DNA from: Azolla caroliniana
Lineage: Eukaryota > Plantae > Polypodiophyta
Reading direction: 5' to 3'
Assembly (NCBI GenBank): GCA_043228905.1
Contig: JBHGNT010000011.1
Location: 11,718,001 to 11,782,000, forward strand
DNA: 64,000 nucleotides
The stretch's first letter is position 1. The number at the start of each line of letters is the position of its first letter. Of the stretch, positions 48,701-62,338 are shown in pieces. Under the pieces are notes generated by a model, which was not told where the DNA came from, made no database searches, and saw only the letters and a program-made list of their open reading frames with translations. The position numbers were made by a program, and so were the translations under genes.

Positions 48701-51492
48701 ACTACCTTATATCACATGTGTTTACAGAGTGTCATGAATAAAAACCTCTTTCTGTAATTAACGTGTAAAAAGAATGGCTAAAAAATAGTCCAAGGCGTTA
48801 AGTTATATGAAATTGTACATGAACTGTATGTGAAGCATGGTGTATTTGCATTATTTTAAGAGTTATATTGTATATGGGAGTAAGAAATTCAATCACTAAA
48901 TGGAAGCATAAAAATATCCTAAACATTAAGATTCAATAGAGTAGAGTAACAACAAATGGTACAATCTAGAAAGTGGATTTACTTTTAATTTATCCAAAAT
49001 CCAAAATTTTAATCATCACTATCTTAATCCTCCTTAGTGCCCGTAATAAATGCACCTTCACTAAGTTTCCCTCACTGTCATATTCGGGCACACTGATCTT
49101 CTTTTTTGCACCAATTGATCTGGATGCTCTTTTTTAGTGTTGTCGCCAACCACTGCCAGTGCGAGCTATCTTTCGAATCAGTCTTTACAACTTCCTTTTA
49201 CTATTTTTCTTCTTGATTACATACTTCTTTAAGTGTAAGCAAGCGTGTATTGAAATGGTAATCACTCCTATTGCCTAGTGCTCAAATCTACTCCGAATAA
49301 GAGGAAATGCACACCAATTTCTCTCACATGCTATTGATAAGCAATCGTGAGCTAGAATCCTTGAAGCCGCCCTTTGTGGATGAGAATGGCTATATGCTAA
49401 AGTGAGGCTTCCCAAGAAACTCTCTCTTTCAAGTGACTGGTGATGCAAAATCCAGTCCATCCCTTTGGTTATTTCAATTAATGAGGTTCTGTTTAAAATT
49501 CCCATCAGACTCTTTGATGAATGTCTTTCGAATGAATGCATTACTGTCTTAACGACTTAATGTCATATGCCAATGAGGGATCTTTGTATTGACTTCATGG
49601 AATTATACCTCTTCTAAAAAAGATCGAACATCTTTTTCTTTTCTCGATCTTCAAGTGCTCCATGTGCCTCTATTATGAATCGAACTAATGATGAGCAAAA
49701 GAATAAGAGATTAAGGACAGGAATGGATTAAGGGTGCTTAATGACACCGGTTATCCCCGAGCGAATGACATGAAACAAACATAAAATGCTGTCGGTATCC
49801 CATACCACTGAATATTACCTTATGTGATACATTGGTTGCTGAATAATGGATCTGACGAGGAGAGCTTAACCTCCCCACTAGAGAGGTAAGATAGTCGAGA
49901 AACTGGTTATCCTAGGAACAGCCTCTCAATCAAGTCTTGTCTCTCTCATGAAACGCACAAGGAGTGCGATAAATTGGTGTCATTACGATAACTAAAACGC
50001 AGAATTTAACCCAAAAGCCTCGTTGAAACATTTACTTTGTGATTCTCACATTCTATTTTTTATTACTCATCTCGACCATTCCACATTGTAGACACTATTG
50101 TTTGACACAAAGTAGATTTCACATCATAGAGTCTTTCCAGGGTAATACACATGCAAGCAAATGTAGACAAAGAAAACTTAACAATTTCAATCTTATTTTG
50201 CTCCCTAAGCATGCAGAGACCTTATATCTTTAAGAATGCTACAATCTCTACAGAATCTTGTGATAATGTCTTTAACCCATGGCAATTTGTGTATGTACAC
50301 CATAAGCAAATCAAACAGTGACCTACACAGGGAGCCCTTATGATCTTAGGAAACTCTGCCATTCAGCATGGTTGTACAAGTTGAGGCATTATCTGTCACT
50401 TGGACAACATTTTCGGGTCCAACCTATATGGGCCATATAATAAGGTTTTTGAAATCTAAGGTCTTAGAAGCAGATGACCTTATGCTGAAACTGAACCTAT
50501 AATTTGCAAAATACCTACCACAAATATATGTGGAAGTGGAACGAGTTGTCTGGTTCTGCTGGTTGGAAGGATCAGAGAGCAACTACTCAGATTTGAGACA
50601 GGAATAAGGTTGAGATCAAATCCAGAAATTTTACGAATTTCTGGAATTACATGAAATCCAGGAAATCCATCAAAAGGATCAATTTCATCAAATCCAGAAA
50701 TTTCCTCAAGTACATACATCATCAAACCTAGCTAACTCATTGAACTCATCAAATATATCGTATAATGCATCAATTTAAAATGTTGGACTAAAATGTCCTT
50801 TTAGGGAATCCTGTTGTGTATTTAACAAACAAAAATGTCCCTTTCCCTTTGCAGCTTCTGCTACTTGTAAGAAATAGGTTCCTACTGGAGATGCTACTAA
50901 ACTGTTCATCAGTCAATGCATCCAAAACATTCATGTTTCTCGGGCAGTCTCAAAAAGCATGAACCTTCTTTTCCTTCCTGAATAGTAGAGTAGGAGTTTG
51001 TTTGTGTATTGATGCAGAAGCGGATTTTTTTCAACATGATTATTAATTAAAGAGAAACAGATGAGGAAGAGCGTTCAGGTTGAACTTTTAATGCAGATGT
51101 TAAGAATTGGGACTTAACTACTTATAATGAGAAAAAACAAAAGAGAAGGAAAATAATTAGAGAGGAGGAAGAGACTGATAAAGAATTAGGCAAGAAAGAA
51201 GAAAGTTTGGTAGTCATTTGTAAGATTGTTGGAAAAAAGATTAGTTTCGTACCACATTTCTGTACAATATTCTTGTGACTGTATCTAAACAACCGCACTG
51301 TACAGAATTGATGTGTGGAAACTTGCATAAACAGTGTTAAAAACAACCAAAAACTATTCTGTTGAATTTATGTGCTTTGGTTACATTCATTGCTCCTTCC
51401 ATGTATCCTGAGCTCAAGGTGTTCTATTTTGAAATTTTTGGCTCTTTACCAGAAAGGTTCGGCAATGTGTGCGGAGTTCTTCTGAGTCATGA
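45789..51492 (+). CDS. UBC2: Ubiquitin-conjugating enzyme E2, RAD6/UBC2-like, 153 aa, 6 exons
   Basis: Exons 45789-45857, 46942-47026, 47645-47737, 48300-48388, 48562-48647, 51453-51492 (462 nt, phases consistent). Protein [55 protein letters not shown], with HPN motif and catalytic Cys. Symbol denotes the family only. Confidence 0.95.
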
Positions 51493-51935
51493 GGCCTTCA
51501 TCAAATGAATGCACACCTTAGAAGGATTTTCCTTCAGTGCTTGTCATTAAGAAAAACAAACATCTCTCAACATTATCCGACATATTGCAATGGAAATCTG
51601 GGACTCGGATTCCGGCCCCAATTCAAGGACATGGAATGCCTGCATGAAAATTCACTGATGTAACAAGATTTGATTTTGTTTGAATTGTATAGATGTGTGA
51701 TGGTGGTTCATTTCTTCCAGAACTTGTATATAGTTGCCCCGTACATGGTCTCTGGTTCACAAGTCCTATGTTTTTTCTTTTTTTTTAGTTTTTGATGTAA
51801 ATATAGACACAAAGAAAAATCGTGGAATTAAAAAAAAAAACTTTCTAATCAATTGTGGTTGTATTTGCATAAAGAGTGATTGGTGATTTGAAGGCTAATT
51901 TGCTGAAATGCCTAGGTGATGTGCTAAAAAAAAAA

Positions 51936-52191
51936 CATCTAATTGTGACTCAAGGTTTTTCTTGACATGTGAAGGTGAAGGGGTAGAATTTAATATCCCA
52001 TGCAAAAATGTACGAATCGGAAATCAACAATGGAGTGATTAGAATGGTGTAAACAAACAAATGATAAAAAAGGAAGCATCTAAATGTGACTTAAGTTTTT
52101 CTTGACATTCGAAGTAGTAGAGTATAATATCTCATGCAAAAATGTATGAATAGGCAATCAACAATGGAGTGGTTAGAATGGTGTAAGCAAA
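51936..52191. repeat. Diverged tandem duplication, period ~140 bp
   Basis: catctaa.tgtgact...catgcaaaaatgta.gaat...atcaacaatggagtg.ttagaatggtgtaa occurs twice. Confidence 0.75.
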
Positions 52192-52599
52192 TGGTATACA
52201 ATACATCAATTGTATTTGTAACTATGAAGAAAAAGTGTACTCAAATATTATTGAATACAAGGCGGTATGGGAATTTTGCTTAAATTAAGGATTTTGATCA
52301 ATAGTTTTACATCCAATCAATCATTTAGAGGGGATGCATCAATTTCCATAAGACATCAATGCTTTCTCTAACAAGAGGACATCTCTCTCCCTCTCTCTTT
52401 TTAGTAAATAATGGCCTTCATCATGAAAGAAAAAAGCACCACCATGTATAGAACTCTTTTAGGGATCTAAATACTACTACGACTACAAACTCAATTCCAC
52501 CCTACACTAATTCAATGTCAAATATGACGATATGTGACAAAGCAGAGTTCTCTCTTCATGATTGAGATTTCGTGACTTCTCTATCACTATCAATTGTCA

Positions 52600-54910
52600 C
52601 AAAAGAAGTCCTTTCAACTTTACAACATATTTCCCCACCCCAATTTGTGAATTAAAAGTGAAGACATTCCACATATTCCAATTGAACCATAGCCCCCAAC
52701 ACCCCAAGAACTCAAAAATAATTTGGAATGAGGCATCCTTTCACTGCTCTCCATATGTGCAAAAAACCAATCAAATGAAGATCCACACGAAATTGATACA
52801 AATCCAAACCATTCCAACTACCGGGTATGAAAGAAATTGATGCGTACTATGTTCAAATTCCACTAAACAAAAGAAACATATTACTTTAACAATGTTTCTT
52901 TTGTTTAATGCATCCCCCAATGGTAAAGCTCCAACCATAGCTCTCCAAATGAATACCTTAGCTTGTAGCATCAATCGAGAACACTGACTTGCCTTGATCA
53001 CATGAAACCACCAGGCAATGACCTTACGAAAACCCCATATTCTTATAACCCATTCTTCCATTCACTTATAAGTTATGTACCTTGATGTGTTGCCAAAACC
53101 TCCATTTGTAAGGAATTCGAACATCCCCTTTCTTGTGGATGATATCATTGCACAAAATCCAACATACTTTTCCAAGATGTCAACAAATGATTAATTATCA
53201 AAGACCTTGCACCTTTGACATCCTTGTCAAAATTCCCGTCTTCTTGAAAAAGTATGTTGCCATTTCTGTCCAAAGTTGTACACCCTCAAACATAAATTGA
53301 AAGAATGTCAATCAACGAGTCACCATATGCTCATATAAATTCAATATTGATGCCCTCACCAAGATGCTTTGGAGTACAAACATGATCTATGCGAACCACG
53401 ACATGACACTTTTCCATTTTCTCTTCCATAACAACATCCGCAGTGAGCGTGACACCATTTCAAGCGCTTTCTTTGACCATGGTAGCAAAGGAAGATAATA
53501 AGTTACTATAGAGACCATAATTGATTGAACAACCTTAAGTCGTACATGGAAAGGCCAAAATTGAGATCTCCAATACATAAACTTATCCTCCAATCTTTTG
53601 GATACCCACTCATTAAGTTTCACATGAGAAACTTTCACCCCAATTGGATATCCGAGGTGATGACAATTCATACCACGATGTACTATCATTCATGACCACC
53701 CCAACCCTAACACATGTTGTTTTGTACATGAAATGAGGACAAATTTATGCATATCAATTCTCAACCTTGAAGAATTCAAAAAACTTTGCCACACATCTCG
53801 TCTTACTAATATTTTTGCAAATAGGTGCCAAAAACATGATATGGTCAACTGCGAGAGCTTGAATAAGACATGGCTTCCTTGATGGCAACCTTAGTCCCAA
53901 TAATTCTTTCTTTATAGACATATTGTGTAATTTAACAAGAATAGGATGTCACAATAATGAATAATAAAGGACTGATCAACTATCCTTGTCTAAAAGATCT
54001 TCAAATAGAAATAGGTTGTGTTACTCATCCATTAAACATCACATGTGAAACAAAACCCTCCCTCAATGTGATCAACTTAAACATACGATCATCAAAACCC
54101 ATATGAGATATCAATTGACCAATCCGCATTATCATAAGTATTCTGAATATCCAATTGTGACAACATTATTTCTTGTTTAGACTCCTTTGCATAGTCAATT
54201 GCTATTTGAACATTTAAAATATTATGTAAAATGTCTCTTTTTGCAAAGAAGCCGTATTGGGCATTATGAATAATAGAAGGAAAACCTTATGTAATCTATT
54301 GGCCATCACTTTTCTAAAAATATTGTACATTCCCCCTATCAATGAAATAGGCCTCCACTAAGCAAATGAAATAGGCCTCCACTAAGCAAAGGAAAAGGAA
54401 GAAGGAGAACACACCTTCGACAAAAGCCTTATATAACCAATCTTCCAAGAATGAGGCATTTCCCCTAATGTCCACACCTTCTGAAATAACATTGTAGAAG
54501 ACTCTTTTAACTTACCTACATATTCTTAAAGAGTTCATTTGTTAATCCATCTCACCTGATACTCTTATTGTTAGCAAGATTTGACATTACGTGTTCCACC
54601 TCATCCTCTAGAATATTAACATCTAATGATTGTGCCACATCATATGATACATGATTTTTCACTCTACTAAAAAACAATCTCTGTCCATTTTAACATTATC
54701 ATCAATACTCACTTGTACAACCAACAATTGTGTATAATATTCTATACATTTCTTCACAATTTCTTGAGGATCAAAATACATTAGACCATTGTTCTCTAAC
54801 CTTACCACAATATGTCGTGTATATGATTCATCCTTATGTGATTGACAATTAGCATCCTTCACTTCTTGCCTTCGACAATGTAGTCTAGCATCCTACATTT
54901 TGCCACACAA
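52600..54910 (-). mobile_element. Heavily decayed LINE ORF2 between the two genes
   Basis: WRPISLIGGMYNIF.KV at ~54300-54360; HLGYPIG..RLKVVQSIM; zf-RVT-like KVFIWRAMVGALP..CFFCLVEFEHSTHQF. Confidence 0.8.
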
Positions 54911-55759
54911 TTCTTTCCATGAGCAAGTACAAAAAACACATATTGACATAAATCTTTATAGTGCTGAAATGTGTTTTCTTGCAAAATGCATAATCACATC
55001 AAAATCAAGTGCCTAACAAAAACATTACACAATTTAGCAGAATTATCTTGTTCCTATAGCATATGATCTAGACATGTGTTGCATGGACAGGATTTCTAGC
55101 CAATTACAATCTTGATGCCAATTATTCTCTAAAAATCAATTGCTGGTCTCTTCTCATTAAAGTAAAAATATATTCTCTAAAAAGTTTAAATCAATTGAAA
55201 CGAAGTCAATGAAAACTTAATGCTTTGAATGAAGAGCACCCATTCATGATGAATCGAATACAGTGAAAAACTGAAGGCCATACATACAAAAACGATTTCA
55301 ATCAAAACTAAAAGCGTACAATGAAGAAAAGTCTTCAGTGACAAGAAATAAGTAGGTTCCAAGAACAAATAAGTTTTACATTCCTTCAAAAGACGAATAC
55401 AAGATAATTGCACCAAGAGTAATTCACTTATATGGTTTCCAGAACTTGAATGACAACCAGATAACTTTGTACCGTTTTCATTTCTAGTACATACATAATT
55501 CACAGGATAAAAGAGAAAAATGGATTAATGTCAAAGTCAAGTCAAAATGACATCCTTTGTCAAGTATGTCCCAAATTGCGGCAAAGAGAAAAAAAAGTAA
55601 ATCATAAAAATTGTCCAAATATCACAAAAGATATGTATTGATGATACCCCTTCATAATCCCCAATATTTCAGTACACAACCAAAGTTTTTGAGCTCGAGT
55701 ATGTATATGCAACCTTGTATGTGCAACCTTCACTAGATCACTAGATCACTAGAAAGAGC

Positions 55760-58700
55760 TCACTGACAGTATATGGCTTGATCAATTTGAGGTGGAATAG
55801 TTTTGATTTCAGTACCCAGTTCCTGTTCAATCCTATATCTGCAAAATAAATTGAAAATGAGACTTTAAGAATGGAGCTGATGACAAAAATGAGGCTAAAA
55901 GCTGAACCTTGTGAGAAAATCAAAGGAAGAAATATTTACATCCTATACAGATTAAATGAGATTTACAAAAACTATTAACTACAGTTTTTTTTTAAAATCA
56001 AATAAGCCATAAAATCATCTCTGATATTAAAACATCTGGAACTCCAAAAACTCCAAACTACCCAAGTCTTTCTTTATTTGCCCAAATGCCCATTCATTAT
56101 TTCAACAAATGCCGTGGGTCAACCCCCCTTGAGCAATTACATCTGCTATTAAAAAATTTGATGGTTGATTCCTCAACCAGGGCATTAGGAAATAATGGAA
56201 ACTTATGTGCATTAGGGTAAATATAGAAAAAGTTGGGGTTTTGAGTGTTTTTTCCTAAAAACTCTAACTATAACTTTTATTAAAATCAAACGGAACTACA
56301 ATATGTAATTATGGCCTTTCAAAAATCTAAATGGGATTATAGAAACTATGACTACAGCTTTTTTTAAATTTAAATCAGACTAGAAAAGACATGGGTTTTT
56401 AAAATCAGATTTCCCTCATATGAGAAATAGAACCACTAAAATCATTGGCTTATGAGAGCTTACAGATTGAATCGGTCTTCATAAGTGATTAAGTTGACAG
56501 CTAGTCCAAGATGTCCAAATCTTCCAGAACGTCCAACCTAGCAAAGAAATTCAATCAACCAATGTAATACAAACAGGCAAACATGAAGAAATGGGTTATA
56601 ACTTAATGTAAGAAGTTTACTCTATGAAGATAGGTCTCTGAAGTTTTGGGGAAGTCAAAATTGATAACTACATTAACAGCTTGAATGTCAATACCCCTGG
56701 TAAAAAGATCTGCAAAACAAATATTTTTTTCTAGTAAGCTCAAAAAAGGCAATAACGGATTTCTAATTTAGAACCTTATTTCTTCAACTATATAAGTACT
56801 TTCAAATGCATTAACAAATTTTCTCATTTAGCATCTTCTTTTCTCCAAATCAACTTTTGATTTCTTTAACATGTCTTCACATTTAGCATCTTCTTTTGTC
56901 TGAATAGAATAGAGTTTCTATTGCATTGAGGTCATGAAGAGACCTGAACAAACAAGGTTCCGACAGGCGCCGTTCCGGAAGTCATGAAAAACCCTATTAC
57001 GATGTGATTGTACCATCTTTGCATGAATGTAGAAGCAAGAATATCCAAGCTCTGTTATTTTCTTGGCAAGAAGCTCAACACGATTCACAGAATTACAGAA
57101 TATGATTGATTGGTTGATTTGAAGCTGCCAAAATTCAGAGTCAGCATTTGAAGAAAACGTAACAAAGAAAAATGGATAAAATGTGTGTAAACCACACCTT
57201 AGAGAAAAGGGTGTTTAAGCAATGCACTTTTTGCCTTTCCTCTACAAAAGCATAATACTGAGTAATGCCCTTCAACGTCAATTCATCCATCAGATTAATC
57301 ACATATGGCTTCTGCAAAAACTTGTCCTTAAAGGACTTTACAGTAACAGGGAATGTTGCTGAGAATAATAAGATTTGCCGGTTTCTTGGTAGGAACCCAA
57401 TAAGTTGCTCCACGATGGGCTGAAACTCTGGAGATAGAAGCTTGTCTGCCTGTAATTAAAAATGTCGATAACAAGACATCACTCCCTCTCTCTCTCTCTC
57501 ATATAAAATTAGATTAATACAAGGACGGTTAGCACAGTTCATGATCTATTACGCCACTTGATTACACAAGAGATAAATATCATGAGAAATGATATAGAAA
57601 CAACACTAAGCGAGGAAATGAAAAAGGAGAGAGAAACAGAAAACAGAGTTGTATGTCTCTATCAAGATTGAATTATTAGAAGAGATACGAAAAGACATCA
57701 CAAGACTTGTCAAGAAATCAAATTTGGCGCTCAAGGATGACATGGCACATTACCAGGATGAAATAAACTCAAATAAGGTTGAATTAGTAGCTCTAAAAGT
57801 CAATTTAGAAAAAGGACAAGACGCAGTGGAAAAATGCATCTTCATAGTGGAAAAAAGACTCTGCACATTTGCAGTTTCAGGAGCCACGAACTAAACTATG
57901 GCTATTTGATACACTTGTGATACCAACTCTTCTCTATGTGGTAAAAACGTGGGACCAAGTCTTAGCAAGGCAAATAACTAGAAAGATTTAGAGAGACCCT
58001 TGGTCTAAATGACCTCTTAAGGCCATTTTGACCTCTTAAAAAATGTTGATATATCCATCTTTCTTTCTCAGATCAACTCCCTGAGAATTGAATAAATTAT
58101 CAATCATGCCAAGGAAGTGACAAGAGAATACTCATTGACTGGACTATAATGACACAAAATGACTTTCACTCTTACACAAATAAGAAGTAAAATTTGTAGA
58201 AACTACCTTTTAGATTAATTTGGGTTGTGGTTGCAGCATTTTTTATAATAAATGTAGCAAAGAAAGATTATCTTGCAGGAATCTTCACTACAAATTTTAA
58301 AGGAAACTTATTAGGTGGGATTTGTGATTATTACGAGCAAATTCTGATACTCTATCTTGATTTTAAAGGCAATACCTGTTAGCGACATTAAAGAGCAATA
58401 TAAAACTGCACCTAAATAGATAGCTAGCCCTATGTAATTCGCAAGTATATAACCAGGGGATTATACATACAGGAAACTTATTAGGTGGGATTTGTGATTA
58501 TTACAAGCAAATTCTGATACTCTATCTTGATTTTAAAGGCAATACCTGTTAGCGACATTAAAGAGCAATATAAAACTGCACCTAAATAGATAGCTAGCCC
58601 TATGTAATTCGCAAGTACATACGGGAAACTTATTAGGTGGGATTTGTGATTATTACGAGCAAATTCTGATACTCTATCTTGATTTTAAAGGCAATACCTG

Positions 58701-61700
58701 TTAGCGACATTAAAGAGCAATATAAAACTGCACCTAAATAGATAGCTAGCCCTATGTAATTCGCAAGTATATAACCAGGGGATTGTTTGCTATACATATA
58801 TAGATTATACATCCAGAGAATTTCATATTCTTACAGTAAGTTCTCTATGATAATGTACGTGATTAATGGATGCAATATAACTAGAATCTAGATCTTTTTC
58901 ACTGGATAGATACTGAGAGTGTGAAAGCAGAACCTACAATATGCAAGTTCTTCCATTTATTGCAAGAAATGACCCAGATATATTATAAAGAAAAAAAATC
59001 TTACGAGGAAAAGAACAATTAATAAATGATTAATATCATACATGGATATACAAACAAGAAAAATATAGACAGTAGAAATTTTCATCATTAATCAAAACTA
59101 AAAATTAAAGAGATTTCTAACAAGCTAGGAGAGTATTTTTTAACAAACCACAACAGATCGCAGGAAATTTATAATCTACTAGCTGAAACCTTTGTTTTCA
59201 AAAGCCTAAAATTGGAAACACATAATTTCGCAAACAATAAAACCCCTAATATTAGTATGTTGTAAAACCTAGCTCTGTAGAAACAGTGACACAATCAAGA
59301 ACAAACACAACTAGATGCACACAAGCAAATGCTGGTCAGCACACACAAAACGTCAAAGAATTCTACAATCCACAGTTGCACATTTGTTATCTGTCCTATT
59401 ACAACGTTTATAAATTAATTCCTCTTAGTTATACACTTTTAGAACATGGGTTCCTACCAAAGACTTAAGTTATTAGCATAATTTATGCTGTAACACATAA
59501 ACCATTCTGGAATCCTATTATATGCACATGCGTGCTAGACCAGGATTCAGATTTGAAAAGCAGGACACATAAACTTGACTGACATTATGTGCATTGAAAG
59601 TAGTGACAAGGGGTTGCCAAAATGAATAAAAATGCTTAGAACATAAACAAAATTAGAGCATGTAGTATTTAAATATAATGAGAGTGCATTTCAAAATTTC
59701 CATTAGATTTGTACCCTTTTTTAAGGAAAGGTTTAGAAAGCATGCCCATCAGCTGCTTCAATCATTTAATATCATCTATCTCAATCATAGCATTGCGGAA
59801 CCATAGAACAGAATAGATGTCCATGAGGTGGCCAATTTTGACGTATGAAGCCAAATCAACATATCATCTTGTGTGTGACTCCTTCCTAAAAAGGGGAGTT
59901 ACTACGTTGTAGTAAAAACTCTGTGCGAAAATAATGCACATACATATGTGCTGAACATTCTTGATGGACATTTGTGTATGAGATTTACATTATCATGCCC
60001 GTCTGACAAGTCGTCATATTCCTCATGAATTACCTTATTTGCTGAGCATGTGGTAAGTAAGTGAAATTCACCCTCCACTAGGTATTCCAATTTGGACATT
60101 TTAGTATCTTGCCACTTCATCTTGTATGACAACAGAAACAAATCTTTCCTGCAGTCAAATTGTGTTTTTAGATTCCTTTCCCAGTTTTTGGACCATATTT
60201 GAAAGCGCTCTTGATGGTCTGTGTGCATTTCAGAAGAGAGGTCATTAAAAGCTGAGACACTATTTTCCAATATGGACTTGCTATTGATCTCATTTCACTT
60301 TTATTACACCTCCATGTAACATGGTTTCCCGAAAAAACTCTGATTTTAGTAGAACCTCATCAATCCACAAAACTCAAAGTTTTCACTTATTTTCCATGTC
60401 TTTTGAACATGTTTGAAACTGGTTTTGATGGTTTGGGTGTTCTTTTGATAAGTGATCTATAAAAAGCTGAGCTACAAAGTTTACAATATAGGCTATTTAT
60501 TGATCTCCTCCCACTTTTACTACACCTCTATGTAATATAATTTCCATTAAAATTACTGATCTTAGTAGATTCTGGCCAGCCCACAAAAAAACTATTTTTT
60601 TGAACTTTTCAGGTTTTTGACAACATTTGTAAGTGGTTTTGAATTGTGTGCTCTTTTGATGAGGTATCATGAAAAACTAGTCTGTAAATTTTCCAATATG
60701 GATTTGCTATTTATCCCCTCTTGCATTTATTATGCCTCCATGCAACATAGTTTCCATCAAAGTATCTGATTTGAGCAGATTGTCATAACCCCAAAACCAA
60801 GGATTTGCTCACTTTATCTATTAGGATCTCTTGTACCTGTCTTCATTATAGTTGACCATCAAGTTTGGTATATTTTTATCTGGTATTTACATTGAATGAG
60901 AAGTAATTAAATCTTAAAAGTGCTTTAGACATATCTTACATTGCTCATGGGTATATATTCTTACTGTTTCCAATTTAGTAAACGTGTGAACATGTTGGTC
61001 CCAGTTTCCTATGGTACTGAAAACTATGTTCTAAATGCATAATGAGGTGACACAAACATGCTTAAGTTTCAAACTAAAACAGAATAATTTCAAATTCAAA
61101 ACAGATGTGACGTTATTAATGAAAAATTTCAAAATAATGACAGTTGTAATGTACAGAATGACTATACCTCATCCATCACAAGCATGGCACATTCATTCAG
61201 ATTGCAAACCCCTTTCTTGGTCAAATCCAGAACCCTTCCAGGAGTACCAACAAGTATGTGAACTGGTTGGTACAGCCGCATGATGTCATCTTTCAAGCTT
61301 GTTCCACCAGTTGTAACCATGATCTGAATGTTCAAATGTTTGGCAAGTTCCTTGCACACTTGAGATGTTTGCAAAGCTAACTCTCGTGTAGGTACTAGAA
61401 TGAGAACTGCAGCAAACAATAATAGAACCAAACTAAAAATATTACTACCGATTTCCTGTATGTATACCACAAGATAACACCTTCTTTTAATATTTTCCAG
61501 AAAAACCAGTTGAAATCCTCACCTTGTATTACATTTTTGTTTGGGTCAGTCTTCTCAATTGCTGGGATACAAAATGCAGCAGTCTTACCAGTTCCATTTT
61601 TAGCTCTTGCTAGTATATCACTTCCTGTCAAAGCAATGGGTATGCTTTCTTCTTGGATGGGAGAGGGCCTCTCAAATCCTTTCTCATAAATACCCATCAG

Positions 61701-62338
61701 CAACTCGCGCTTTAAAAAATAATCCTCAAATTCATTGCCCTTTGTGGCTGTAACATCCTGAATAAAGAGGTTTTAGTATTATTTGAAAGAAACACATCAT
61801 GTACCCCATAAATAAAAGGGAAAAACACTAAAATACCCCTAACGTTTTGGGTACTTATTAGAATGCCCCTCAGTTCCCAAAGATTACCAAATATCCCAAG
61901 ATCAGAGTAAATGTTGTATGAAAGGGGCATTCCAGTATTTTTCTTAGAACTTAAAGATATAGGGGAATTATAATGTTTTTTTCCTTTATAGAATTTCAGG
62001 TAGCAAACCTCTGTCCTATAGCGTGCATCTGGAGGCGGTAACCTCAGCTGGGACTTCCAATCTTGCAGACTAAAACAGCAAAGAAATTATTATGGAAACT
62101 CCTGTAATGTCCATAATTCAAAATTAAACTATGCTACATCTAACAAAGGGGAAAAAACTAACCTCAAACTTGACTGCCCCTTTGCTTGAGCATTTGAAGC
62201 ACTTGCTATGCTGGGACTTGTTTCAGTGTTCAATCCTGTTGTCGCCATGTTATTGCCATGAACTATACCTTTCGGTCTAAACTCATATGAAGGACGATTT
62301 GGATGGTTGCTTGTGCCGCCGTACATTGAACCACGCAT
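55760..62338 (-). CDS. DDX6: DEAD-box RNA helicase, DDX6/DHH1 family (plant RH6/RH8/RH12), 461 aa, 9 coding exons
   Basis: Exons 62338-62163, 62069-62009, 61757-61523, 61406-61168, 57449-57198, 57124-56944, 56709-56621, 56537-56464, 55838-55760 (1386 nt, all GT-AG, phases consistent). Motifs [43 protein letters not shown]; ends IDQAIYCQ*. Confidence 0.95.
58302..58784. repeat. Near-identical triplication (~150-170 bp) in helicase intron 4
   Basis: ggaaacttattaggtgggatttgtg...ctatgtaattcgcaagta at 58302, 58472 and 58624. Confidence 0.93.
60263..60790. repeat. Old diverged tandem repeat, ~213-bp period, 2.5-3 copies, in helicase intron 4
   Basis: ttt.caatat.g...tatt.atc.c...tt.a.ta..cctc.atg.aa.at..tttcc at ~60263, 60480 and 60689. 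Confidence 0.65.

Noticed and set aside
57600-57930. Coiled-coil ORF and PBS-like gatacca in helicase intron
   Set aside because: Short and degenerate, with no LTR pair or TSD.
58320-58350. C/D-box snoRNA in the intronic repeat (gtgatta..ctga)
   Set aside because: Too short, imperfect C box and antisense to the host transcript.
59902-60270. 122-aa intronic ORF as a nested gene or extra exon
   Set aside because: No recognisable domain; the helicase splices in frame (MDE|AD) without it.
61817-61945. Small MITE-like inverted repeats (also ~56038-56255)
   Set aside because: TIR similarity is imperfect and no clear TSD was found; not supportable by eye.
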